Origin: Spirochaetia bacterium
Lineage (GTDB): Bacteria; Spirochaetota; Spirochaetia; SZUA-6; Bin103
NCBI GenBank assembly: GCA_965203055.1
Contig: OZ241863.1
Location: forward strand, 640,001-704,000
Length of the DNA: 64,000 nucleotides
Direction of reading: 5' to 3'
Shown here: positions 19,761 to 28,792 of the stretch, one piece after another
How positions within the stretch are numbered: the stretch's first letter is position 1
Layout of the letters: each line of letters starts with the position of its first letter
Notes under the pieces: generated by a model
Database searches by the model: none
Seen by the model: only the letters and a program-made list of their open reading frames with translations
What the model was told of the DNA's origin: nothing
Program-made: the position numbers and the translations under genes

Positions 19761-19789
19761 TTGACGACCGAAGTATCGGCCGCAATACT
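19761..19789 (+). promoter_or_regulatory. Putative sigma70 promoter
   Basis: TTGACG-N17-AATACT upstream of the 2-TM gene. Confidence 0.5.
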
Positions 19790-19878
19790 ACACCAAGCAC
19801 GGCATCGCTGCTCGACGAGAGTGTCGCGTGGGCTGCATGACGTGCACTGACAGTACCTCTGACAGGGAGGAATCAGTC

Positions 19879-20387
19879 ATGGTGTCAAACGTGAATCGTC
19901 GGCAGGTCTGGAATCAACTTCAGGAGTCTGTCAGGCACTCGCGGTACTTCGCCCGGTTGACGAGCAACATGAACAAATACCATAGGGTAAGACTGGTTCT
20001 GCTCGCAGTAATCTGGGGGGTAAGCGGCGGTAGCTTCGGTGTTCCGAATCTTCCGCTGTATGTCAGCATCGGCATAGGGTAGTAACTGGAGTGTTTTCCG
20101 TATGGATGCTGCTGGAGGATCACTCGCAGAAGCTTGCGACCGTAAAGTTCGTATCCAGAAGATTGCAGAAGATTGAAGGCTGCGTTCGTGATTGCTGGAT
20201 TTGTATAGAAGACGGACGAATCGACAACGATTCCGCTTACCGGAGACGGAAGGACGTTGAGCGGGCCATCAACGATGCCGTTGAGGACTGGAAAGCTTCA
20301 GGAATGTCTATCAATGACAAGCTGAACGAGAAAAGCGAGGAGGAGTCGGTACGCTTGGTGCAAGAGGAGTTCTCCCATGCAGCGTGA
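19879..20387 (+). pseudogene. Frameshifted two-TM protein (SLATT-like architecture)
   Basis: RBS GGGAGG+ATG 19879; adding one G at GGCATAGGG|TAG (~20079) joins ORFs 19828-20082 and 20091-20387 into a continuous protein reading GIGVVTGVFSVW. Confidence 0.65.
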
Positions 20388-20520
20388 AAGTCCAACCGCC
20401 GAGGAACGTGGTCTGCCAAGACCGGGGAAGACACCGCTGGCACCGCCGCCGCCGCGACCGTCGCCACCCACTCCCAGTCCTGATCGTCCTTCGCCGCCAC
20501 CCGCAGAGAAACAGAAATGA
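20377..20520 (+). CDS. 47-aa proline-rich peptide (not in ORF track)
   Basis: RBS GAGGAG; MQRESPTAEERGLPRPGKTPLAPPPPRPSPPTPSPDRPSPPPAEKQK*; overlaps the upstream stop. Confidence 0.55.
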   Translation: MQRESPTAEERGLPRPGKTPLAPPPPRPSPPTPSPDRPSPPPAEKQK

Positions 20521-20716
20521 TGAGAGAGACGGACTATTCGGAGCCGCTATGACTTGGTTCATTCACAAGCGCCCAATGTCACATAAGAGAATGCAGTCGA
20601 TTGGCATGAAACAAAGTGGCTGACTCGACAGTCAACGAGGTCAAGGCACTGGATGTTCATCAATGTCTATTCAAGACCCTTGATCTGCCGGGGCGCCGAA
20701 AGGATGCTTGTCTACC

Positions 20717-20745
20717 TTGGCGGTGTTATCAAGACGCGATATCCT
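20717..20745 (+). promoter_or_regulatory. higBA promoter with probable operator
   Basis: TTGGCG-N17-TATCCT; inverted repeat TATC-N7-GATA over the spacer and -10. Confidence 0.55.
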
Positions 20746-20752
20746 GGTACCG

Positions 20753-21031
20753 GTGCGTCGGTTCAGAGACGAGCAGACCAAGCGCGTCTTCCTGGGTCTT
20801 CCCGTACGCCGCCTGCCGGCGGATATTCAGCGGCGAGCTCGCGTTCGTCTGCAGCGTGTCGTCACGGCAGCGGCGTTGTATGACCTGCGACTGCCGCCGT
20901 CACATCGACTGGAAGCGTTGCGCGGTGATCGGAGGGGAGAGTTCAGCATCCGTATCAATCATCAGTGGCGGGTGTGCTTCGTCTGGACCGATCAAGGCGC
21001 GACGGATATCGAAGTCACCGACTATCATTGA
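20753..21031 (+). CDS. higB: HigB-family (RelE/ParE) toxin
   Basis: DLRLPPSHRLEALRGDRRGEFSIRINHQWRVCF..W...IEVTDYH; probable leaderless GTG start. Confidence 0.9.
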   Translation: MRRFRDEQTKRVFLGLPVRRLPADIQRRARVRLQRVVTAAALYDLRLPPSHRLEALRGDRRGEFSIRINHQWRVCFVWTDQGATDIEVTDYH

Positions 21032-21046
21032 GGTAGAGAAGCAGGA

Positions 21047-21340
21047 ATGACGATGGCAAGCGTCGTACCGATCCATCCCGGTGAACACTTGGCGGAAATC
21101 CTCGACGAATTGGGCGTGAGCGGGTACCACTTGGCAAGTGCGATCGGTACGCCGCCGAGCCGCATCCAAGAAATCCTCCACGGCCGCCGTGCCATCACGG
21201 CGGAAATTGCGCTGCGCATTGGACGAGCTCTCGGCATGACTCCCGAGTCCTGGTTGAACCTGCAAGCGCTGTATGACCTCGACGTCGCACGAGCTGCCGT
21301 CGACGTCGACGCCATCGAACCTCTGGTCGTGGCAGGTTGA
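21047..21340 (+). CDS. higA: HigA-family antitoxin (HTH)
   Basis: PIHPGEHL, RAITAEIALRI, WLNLQALYDL. Confidence 0.93.
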   Translation: MTMASVVPIHPGEHLAEILDELGVSGYHLASAIGTPPSRIQEILHGRRAITAEIALRIGRALGMTPESWLNLQALYDLDVARAAVDVDAIEPLVVAG

Positions 21341-21401
21341 GGACGTGGGGCGCCAAGCGCCCGTAGCGTCCAATGGGCATTACGGAAGTGGCTGGTAGCA
21401 G

Positions 21402-22349
21402 GTGACGTCGTTGAGCGTCAGGCTGGGGCCGTTGCGGTTGGCCAATCCGGTGTTGGTGGCGTCCGGCACCTTCGGCTACGCCAGCGAGTTGGCGGGCCTG
21501 GTCGATCTGCCGCGGCTGGGCGGGATCGTCACCAAGACCGTGACCCTGAAGCCGCGCCCGGGCAACCCGCCGCCGCGCATCGTCGAGACTCCGGCCGGGA
21601 TGCTCAACGCCATCGGCCTGCAGAACGTGGGCCTCGAGCGATTCATGGCCGACAAGCTGCCATACCTGGCGGCTCTGGATCCGGTCGTGCTGGTGTCGAT
21701 CATGGGCTATACGACGGCGGAATTCGTGGCCCTGGCCGAACGCCTGGACGGTGCCGGCGGCGTGGACGGGTTGGAGTTGAACCTCTCCTGTCCCAACGTC
21801 GCCTACGGCGCCGGGGCCGGCGCGCGCCTGTTCGCCCACGATGCGGAGCTCACCGCGGAAGTGGTGCGGGCGGTGCGCGCGGTCACTACCTTGCCGATCG
21901 TCGCCAAGCTGGGTCCCGACGTGGCCGACATCGCCGCCATCGGGCGGGCTGCCGAGGCTGCCGGAGCGGACGCTCTGACGGTGATGAACACGATTCCCGG
22001 TATGGTGATCGACCTGGAGCGGCGCCGCCCGGCGCTGGCCAACGTCACCGGCGGGCTTTCCGGCCCTGCGGTCCGCCCGATCGCGGTGCGGCTCACGTAC
22101 CAACTGGCCGGCGCGGTCGGCATTCCGGTCGTGGGCGCCGGCGGCATCATGGATCACCGCGACGCGCTGCAGTTCCTCCTGGCCGGCGCTTGCGCGGTGC
22201 AGGTCGGCACTGCCACCTTCACCAATCCGCGCGCCGCGCTGGAGGTGCTTGACGGCTTGACGAGCCACCTCGATGCTGCCGGCGTGGCCCGGCTCACCGA
22301 CCTGATCGGAGCTGCCCAGCCGCCGCCCGCCAAGGATCGACCGCAATGA
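21402..22349 (+). CDS. pyrD: Dihydroorotate dehydrogenase class 1B catalytic subunit
   Basis: NPVLVASGTFGY, GMLNAIGLQN, ELNLSCPNV, GGLSGPAVRP. Confidence 0.93.
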   Translation: MTSLSVRLGPLRLANPVLVASGTFGYASELAGLVDLPRLGGIVTKTVTLKPRPGNPPPRIVETPAGMLNAIGLQNVGLERFMADKLPYLAALDPVVLVSIMGYTTAEFVALAERLDGAGGVDGLELNLSCPNVAYGAGAGARLFAHDAELTAEVVRAVRAVTTLPIVAKLGPDVADIAAIGRAAEAAGADALTVMNTIPGMVIDLERRRPALANVTGGLSGPAVRPIAVRLTYQLAGAVGIPVVGAGGIMDHRDALQFLLAGACAVQVGTATFTNPRAALEVLDGLTSHLDAAGVARLTDLIGAAQPPPAKDRPQ

Positions 22350-22442
22350 ATGACGCCCCGGAGGCGCCGCCCGAGGTTGCCGGGGACAAGCGATCCAATC
22401 TGTGAGACTATAGGAGCAGCCCCGGCATCCGGTCGAAGCACC

Positions 22443-23315
22443 ATGTTGGTTACCCGTATCGCTCTCGAAAACTGGCGGAATTTCACGCGTATCGACGTGC
22501 CGCTGCAACAAAGGGTCTTCATCGCCGGCCCGAACGCGGCGGGAAAATCCAACCTGCTCGATGCGTTCCGCTTTCTGCGCGACATCACTACTCCGGGCGG
22601 CGGTCTGGAGAAGGCGGTTGCCGACCGTGGAGGTATCTCGAAGATCCGTTGCCTTGCCGCGCGGCGCTATCCCGCGGTCGTACTCGACGTTCAGCTTGGC
22701 GATCCTTCCAGCACGGTGGAGTGGCGTTACCGCCTCAGCATCGTCCAGGACAATCAGCGCCAGCCGCGGATCAAGGAGGAGCTGGTCGAACGCGAGAAGC
22801 AGGAGGTGCTCCGACGACCGGACTCCGACGATGAGAACGACTCTGAACGTCTACGGCAGACCCACCTGGAGGGAATCAGCACCAACAAGACTTTCCGCGA
22901 AGTCTACCGGTTCTTCAACTCGATCCGGTATCTTCACGTGCTTCCACCACTCGTTCGGCAGCCGAAACGGTTCACCGGCCGAGACTTGAGCGGGGAGACA
23001 TTCGGCAGCGACTTCCTGGAACAAATCGCGCTTAGCGCGCCGAAGATTCGGCAGTCGCGGCTGCGACGAATCGAGAACGCGCTCCGCATCGCCGTACCGC
23101 AACTGCGAGAATTGCAACTGCAGACGGACGAAATCGGGATTCCGCACCTGGAAGGACGCTATGAGCACTGGCGCCCGAATGCGGGCTGGCAGCGAGAAGA
23201 CCAGTTCTCGGACGGCACGCTGCGACTCATGGCCCTGTTGTGGTCAGTGATGGACGGAGCCGGCCCCTTGGTGATCGAGGAACCGGAGCTGAACCTCCAC
23301 CCAGTTAACCCTTGA
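22443..23315 (+). pseudogene. ABC/AAA_21-type ATPase, C-terminally truncated
   Basis: LENWRNF, Walker A GPNAAGKSN, signature SDGTLR, Walker B IEEPELNLHP followed by a stop after 3 residues; no THS switch motif. Confidence 0.75.
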
Positions 23316-24186
23316 CGCTGCCGAGTATTGCGCCTTTGACGAAGTAGCGCTGGATGAACGGGTACACGCACAGGATCGGGGTCACCGTTACGACGATCAT
23401 CGCCGTCTTCAGGCTCTGCGTCGGCGGGAGCTGATCGATCGGAACCGCCTCGGTATCCTCGATCATTCCGGCGACGAGGATGTTGCGCAGGATCACCTGC
23501 AGCGGCAGCTTGGCGGTGTCGTTGATGTACAGGAAGGCGTTGAACCACTCGTTCCAGTGCCACACCGCGTAGAACAGCCCGATGGTCGCGATCGACGCCG
23601 TGGACAGCGGCAGCACGATCTTCACCAGGGCCTGCAGCGGCGTGGCGCCGTCGATGATCGCCGCTTCCTCCAGGCTTTCCGGCAGCGCCATGAAGAAGTT
23701 GCGCATGATCAGCAGGTTCCAGGGACTGACCAGAAAGGGAATCACCATCGCCCAGAAGGTGTTGGTCAGGCCGATGCGGTCCACCAGGAAGTAGGTCGGG
23801 ATCAGCCCGCCGCTGAAGATCATGGTCACGAACACGAACAGGGTCATGCCCACCCGTCCCGGCAGGCCGCGGCGGCCAAGCACGTAGGCCAGCGTCGCGG
23901 TGAAGAACAGGTTGAGCGTGGTGCCCACCAGAATGCGCGCCAGGCTGTAGAAGAAGCCGGTCGCCAGCCGCGAGCCGCCGGTGAACAGCAGGTGGTAGGC
24001 GCCGAACTCGATCCGCTGCGGAAACAGGATGAACGCCCCGCGCCGCGCCCATTCCTCCACGCCGATCAGCGAGGTGCTGATGATCGACAGGAACGGAATG
24101 ACGAAGGTGAGCGACAGAATGCTCAGAAAGGCGATGTTGAACACGCCGAACACCGCCTCGCCGCGGCTGCGCTGCAGGTGTTGCAC
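23305..24186 (-). CDS. Carbohydrate ABC transporter permease (LplC-like)
   Basis: FSGGLIPTY, ESLEEAAIIDGA, YAVWHWNEWF, YPFIQRYFVKG..LGSVKG. Confidence 0.92.
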   Translation of the reverse strand: MQHLQRSRGEAVFGVFNIAFLSILSLTFVIPFLSIISTSLIGVEEWARRGAFILFPQRIEFGAYHLLFTGGSRLATGFFYSLARILVGTTLNLFFTATLAYVLGRRGLPGRVGMTLFVFVTMIFSGGLIPTYFLVDRIGLTNTFWAMVIPFLVSPWNLLIMRNFFMALPESLEEAAIIDGATPLQALVKIVLPLSTASIATIGLFYAVWHWNEWFNAFLYINDTAKLPLQVILRNILVAGMIEDTEAVPIDQLPPTQSLKTAMIVVTVTPILCVYPFIQRYFVKGAILGSVKG

Positions 24187-24188
24187 GC

Positions 24189-25163
24189 CTACCAGATCCC
24201 GGTATGGCCGAGGCGTTTGGCCAATACGTTGCCGCCGAGCAGCAGCGCGGCGGCGAGAATCGCCTTGAACAGACCGACCGCGGCGGCGAACGAATACTTC
24301 AGGCTTTGGATTCCCGAGCGGTACACGTAGGTGTCGAGGATGTCGGCGACCTCATACACCGGCGGCGAGTAGAGCAGCAGAATCTGCTCGAACCCGGCAT
24401 TCAGCAGCCCGCCGACCCGGAAGATCAACAGAATGACGACCACGAAGGTGATTCCCGGCAGCGTGATGTGCCAGGTCTGCCGCCCCTTGCCGGCGCCGTC
24501 GATCACCGCCGCCTCGTAGAGCTGCGGGTCGATGTTGGAGATTGCCGCCAGATACAGAATGGTGCCCCAGCCCACCTCCTGCCACAGCGTGGTGAGCACC
24601 AGCACCCCGCGGAACTTGCGCAGGTCGCCCAGGAACATCGTCGGCTCGCCCCCGAACAGGACGATGATCTGATTGATCAGCCCGCCTTCGGTGGTCAGCA
24701 GACTCGTTACGATGCCGGCCACCACCACCATCGAGAAGAAGTGCGGGACGTAGCACACCGTCTGGATGGTGCGCTTGAGGCGCGTGAAGCGGACCTCGTT
24801 GATCAGCAGCGCCAGCGCGATCTCCGCCGGGAACACGCACACCAGCTTCAGGAAGCTGATCCAGACGGTGTTGCTCAGGATCTGCCAGAAGTAATAGGAC
24901 TCGAAGAGTTGCCGGAACCACTTGAGGCCGACGAACGGCTTGGTGACCACGTCGGCGGCGCTGCTGAACGGGCTGATGTCCTTGAAGGCGATGACGATGC
25001 CGTAGATCGGCAGGTAGTGGAAGATCAGGAAATAGAGCAGCCCCGGCAGCGCCAGCACGTAGTAGAGCCGGTACTTGCGCAGGGTGGTGAGCAGCGACCG
25101 GCGCGGCGTGCGCGCCGCGCCGGCAACCCGGCCGGACGCAACGGGGAGCGCGCGGTCTGCCAT
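24189..25163 (-). CDS. Carbohydrate ABC transporter permease (LplB-like)
   Basis: HYLPIYGIVIAFKD, YLAAISNIDPQLYEAAVIDGA, DILDTYVYR. Confidence 0.92.
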   Translation of the reverse strand: MADRALPVASGRVAGAARTPRRSLLTTLRKYRLYYVLALPGLLYFLIFHYLPIYGIVIAFKDISPFSSAADVVTKPFVGLKWFRQLFESYYFWQILSNTVWISFLKLVCVFPAEIALALLINEVRFTRLKRTIQTVCYVPHFFSMVVVAGIVTSLLTTEGGLINQIIVLFGGEPTMFLGDLRKFRGVLVLTTLWQEVGWGTILYLAAISNIDPQLYEAAVIDGAGKGRQTWHITLPGITFVVVILLIFRVGGLLNAGFEQILLLYSPPVYEVADILDTYVYRSGIQSLKYSFAAAVGLFKAILAAALLLGGNVLAKRLGHTGIW

Positions 25164-25287
25164 GTCAGTCAAGGCCTCGCACCGGGCGCCGGACGGCCGG
25201 GAAGCGGCGCAGCCGCGGCTCAGGGGCCGCGGCCGCGCCGGGGCGGTCAAGGGTCAACCGCCTCTCCCGATCCGATCGCGCGTCCGG

Positions 25288-26805
25288 TTACAGACCCTTG
25301 ATCTCCCGGTATTGGTCGGTGTACTCGGCGTAGAGCCGATCGATGCCGATCTTCTTGAGGCTGGCGACGAAGTCGTCCCACTCGCTCAGCGGCCGGGTTC
25401 CGGTAATGAACTTGGCGGTCTCCTCGTCGATCATGCGCTGGATGTCGTCGTAGGCCGGTATCGCATCCTTGATCGCCGCGATGTCGTAGGCCACGTCGAA
25501 GTCGTACGGCATCTTGCCGTTGGAGTAGTCGGTAGCGTAGTCGCGGATCTCCTCGTAGTGGCGCTTCAGGTCCTCGGTGTTGGGCGCGTACCAGGTGTCG
25601 GTGCCGAGCCCGGTGGCGATCATGAACTCGCCGGCGTAGATTTGCCCCGCCTCGGTCTCGAAGCGGTCCACGTAGTACTTGTCGTTGGGGTTCGCCCAGT
25701 CCCATGCCTGGCCCTTGATGCCGTACACCACGGTGAGCACGTTGTCCTTGTCCGGATCGTACTGCCAGTTCAGGAACTGCATGGCGGCCTCCGGGTTGGG
25801 ACTCTTCTTGGAGATCATGGTGGCCGCGTAGGGGCTGGCGTTGTTGGTCATCACCAGGCCGTTGGCGCTGCCGAAGCCGTTGGGATGGCTGTAGGTGAGG
25901 CCGGGAAAGGCGCCGGTCAGCAGCACGCGCTGGAAGTGGATGGTGATCTGCGAGTACCAGCCGATGAAGACGGCCACCTTGCCGGTCTTCAGCACCTCCA
26001 CGTTGTCGTGCTGGATGAACGATTCGCGGAAGATCCAGCCGCGGTCGTACCAGTCCGCCATGGCGGCGACGAAGTCGCGGTACCCGGGCTGAAACTCGGG
26101 CGGCTGCAGATTGCCGGCCGCGTCGGGCCACTTCGAGTACCCGTACTCGGTGAATCCGCCGACCAGCGCCATGCGCAGGTCGCGCAGGCGGCCGATCAGG
26201 ACGATGGCGTCGGGGATCGACTCGCGGATCTTCTCGAACGTGGTCACCGCCTCCTCCAGGGTCTGCGGCAGCGGCAGGTTCAGGTCGCGCAGCATCTGAT
26301 CGTTGAACCAGGTGGGATGGGTGTGGCCCATCACGCCGAGGCGCGGGATGCCCCAGATGTTGCCCTCGCTGTCGGTGACGCCGGCCCACTGTTCCGGCGA
26401 GAAGGCGCGCTTGACGTTGGGGCCGTACTGATCGAGCAGATCGTTGATCGGGATGGCCGCATCCTTGTAGTCGCCCCAGTTGCCGGAGAACACGTCCAGG
26501 CGCTGGTTGGTCGAGCCCAGCACCAGGTTGAGCTTGGTGCGGCTGTCCTGGGCCGGCGGCACGTAGGCCATCGGCATCACGCCCACGCGCTCGGCGACGT
26601 GCTGCTGCATCTCGGCCAGCTTGTCGGGATTGCTGCCGTTCGGGTCGGTGAGCGCCATGGTGGGCCAGATCCAAACTTCCGGCAGGTCGCCGGAAGCGGC
26701 CATGCCGGTATCCGCTTCGCCGGCGGCGAACAGCGCGGGCGCCGAGGCGACGGCCAGCGCCAGCGCCAGCGCCAGGCTCAGCGAGCGATATTTCTTCATC
26801 GTCAT
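25288..26805 (-). CDS. Extracellular solute-binding protein (carbohydrate ABC)
   Basis: Signal peptide MKKYRSLSL...ALFAAGEA; ISKKSPNPEAAM, KFITGTRPLSEWDDFV; RBS AGGAGG. Confidence 0.88.
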   Translation of the reverse strand: MTMKKYRSLSLALALALAVASAPALFAAGEADTGMAASGDLPEVWIWPTMALTDPNGSNPDKLAEMQQHVAERVGVMPMAYVPPAQDSRTKLNLVLGSTNQRLDVFSGNWGDYKDAAIPINDLLDQYGPNVKRAFSPEQWAGVTDSEGNIWGIPRLGVMGHTHPTWFNDQMLRDLNLPLPQTLEEAVTTFEKIRESIPDAIVLIGRLRDLRMALVGGFTEYGYSKWPDAAGNLQPPEFQPGYRDFVAAMADWYDRGWIFRESFIQHDNVEVLKTGKVAVFIGWYSQITIHFQRVLLTGAFPGLTYSHPNGFGSANGLVMTNNASPYAATMISKKSPNPEAAMQFLNWQYDPDKDNVLTVVYGIKGQAWDWANPNDKYYVDRFETEAGQIYAGEFMIATGLGTDTWYAPNTEDLKRHYEEIRDYATDYSNGKMPYDFDVAYDIAAIKDAIPAYDDIQRMIDEETAKFITGTRPLSEWDDFVASLKKIGIDRLYAEYTDQYREIKGL

Positions 26806-26842
26806 TCCTGTTACCTCCTGAGATCAAGGAACGTGAGAGGGG

Positions 26843-26931
26843 ATTGTAACGGCCCGGCGCGCCGCGCGCAAACCGCCGCGCGCAAACCGCCCCGCGCAAG
26901 GCTCCGCAAGGCGCAACGCGCAAGCCCGCAA
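26843..26931 (-). promoter_or_regulatory. Promoter of the carbohydrate ABC operon with an array of TTGCG repeats
   Basis: Minus strand TTGCGC-N17-TACAAT; seven CGCAA copies on the plus strand. Confidence 0.55.
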
Positions 26932-26986
26932 CCCAACCCGGACGGGAGCGCGCACGCGGCGCGCGTCACCTGCTATGCTGCGGGCG

Positions 26987-27664
26987 ATGACACCGGCAGA
27001 TGAAGCTGGCGCGCGGACCGGCGCGGACCCGCTGGTCGTGGAGACGTTCCCCATCGGCAGCCTCGGCTGCAACTGCTCGCTGGTGTACGAGCGGGACCGG
27101 CGGCGGGCGCTGGTGATCGATCCGGGGGACGATCCCGAAGCCCTGCTGAAGGCGGTGGGCGACCGCAACCTGCAGGTCACGCAGCTCCTCCATACCCATG
27201 CCCACTTCGACCACATCGGCGGCTCCGACGCCATCAAGCGCCGGCTCGGGACGCCGATCCTGTTGCACCGCGACGACGCCGGGCTCTACCGCCGCCTGCA
27301 GGAGCAGGGGTTGTTGTTCGGCATTCCGGTGGCGCCTCCGGGCGAAGTGGATCAGTTCATCGAGGAGGGCTTCGAGGTGGCGCTGGGCGCGCGCCCGCTG
27401 CTCACTACCATCCACACTCCCGGCCACTCGCCCGGCTCCTGCTGCTTCTACACCGAGGCCACCGGCGAGCCGTTGCTGTTCGCCGGCGATACCCTGTTTC
27501 GCCAGTCGGTGGGGCGTACCGATCTCCCCGGCGGCGATCCCTACGCGCTCATCAGGTCGATCAAGCAGCGACTGTTCGCGTTGCCGCCGGAGTCGTACGT
27601 GGTACCCGGGCACGGGGAGGCCACCACCCTGGTCGCGGAGCAGCGCGGCAACCCGTTCCTGTAG
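26987..27664 (+). CDS. MBL-fold metallo-hydrolase (glyoxalase II/YcbL-like)
   Basis: THAHFDHIGG, HTPGHSPG, GDTLF..SVGRTDLPGG, PGHG, NPFL. Confidence 0.9.
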   Translation: MTPADEAGARTGADPLVVETFPIGSLGCNCSLVYERDRRRALVIDPGDDPEALLKAVGDRNLQVTQLLHTHAHFDHIGGSDAIKRRLGTPILLHRDDAGLYRRLQEQGLLFGIPVAPPGEVDQFIEEGFEVALGARPLLTTIHTPGHSPGSCCFYTEATGEPLLFAGDTLFRQSVGRTDLPGGDPYALIRSIKQRLFALPPESYVVPGHGEATTLVAEQRGNPFL

Positions 27665-27665
27665 C

Positions 27666-28607
27666 TCAGCCCCGAGTGCTCAGGTCGCGGTCCAGTTGTT
27701 CCTTCGCGTGCAGGCGGTCCAGGGCGTACTGCACCTGTTCCAGTTCGTCCGGGGCCAACTCGACGTCGGCCGCCCGCAGCCGGCTGAGCTCCTGTTCCAC
27801 CTCAGGCGCCGGGGCCGGCACCAACTCCGCGGCGGCAATGCGGCCCAGGGTATGCTGCGCCTGCTCGGCGATCAGCCGTTCCATGATCCGGTCGCAGGCC
27901 GCCAGCCAGCGGCGGAGCTGCGCCACCGGCTGCCGCCCCGGTTCCCCGGCGTCGAGCCGTTGCGCGCTCCACTTGCGCAGCAGCCCGCGCCCGCGTTCGC
28001 GGTGGGCATGGATGGCGTCAAGCCGCGCGTGGTGTTCCTGCCAGGCGGCGGCCGGGGAGCGCGGGGCGGCGATCGGCTCCAGGCCGTTGCGCCAGCGGAT
28101 CAGTTCCAGCTTGGCCAACTCGCCGGCGTAGCGCCGCGCGGCGCGCTCCACGGCCGCTTCGGCCTGCCGCAGCAGCGGCGCCAGGAACGCCAGCGCCGGG
28201 GATTCGCCCGCTTCGCCCTCGCTCCGCAGGCGGCGCTGCAGGTCCCGGAGCTGGCGCCGCGTACACTGAATCTCGGCCAGCCGTTGGGTGAGTTGCAGTT
28301 CGCTGCTCTGCAGCGACGGCGACCGGCGGCGGTCCAGCAGAATCGCCGCCACCTCCCCGAACAGGCCCAGGCCCCAGGCCAGCCCGGTCACGCACCCGGC
28401 GAGGCAACCGTACAGCAGGAAGGCGTTGTCCATGCTGCGGTAGAACACGCTGCCGCCGAGCACTCCGCCGAGCACCGTGGTGAACAGCAGCCATGCCGAG
28501 CGGTGGGCGCGCCCGGACTGGTAGGGCCGAAAGGTTCCGCAGTTGGCGCAGAACCGGTCCGCGGGGCCTACCCAGAAGCTGCAGCTACGACACTGACGGT
28601 ACCGCAT
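27666..28607 (-). CDS. Hypothetical zinc-ribbon / two-TM / coiled-coil protein
   Basis: CRSC-x8-CANC at the N-terminus, two hydrophobic segments, helical tail. Confidence 0.65.
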   Translation of the reverse strand: MRYRQCRSCSFWVGPADRFCANCGTFRPYQSGRAHRSAWLLFTTVLGGVLGGSVFYRSMDNAFLLYGCLAGCVTGLAWGLGLFGEVAAILLDRRRSPSLQSSELQLTQRLAEIQCTRRQLRDLQRRLRSEGEAGESPALAFLAPLLRQAEAAVERAARRYAGELAKLELIRWRNGLEPIAAPRSPAAAWQEHHARLDAIHAHRERGRGLLRKWSAQRLDAGEPGRQPVAQLRRWLAACDRIMERLIAEQAQHTLGRIAAAELVPAPAPEVEQELSRLRAADVELAPDELEQVQYALDRLHAKEQLDRDLSTRG

Positions 28608-28792
28608 CGATCTCTCACCCCAGAATGAAGGGCGGCCAGTATAGGGACTCTCCCGGCATCCGCCAACCGTGCGCGCGGGCGCCAAAACGGCTGGCAAACG
28701 GCGGGCTATGCCTGCGGCGCGTACCTGTGTATAATAGGAGCAATTGGAGGCGGCAGCGCGGCAGGCAGCGTCTCTCAACCCTCAATCACGAC

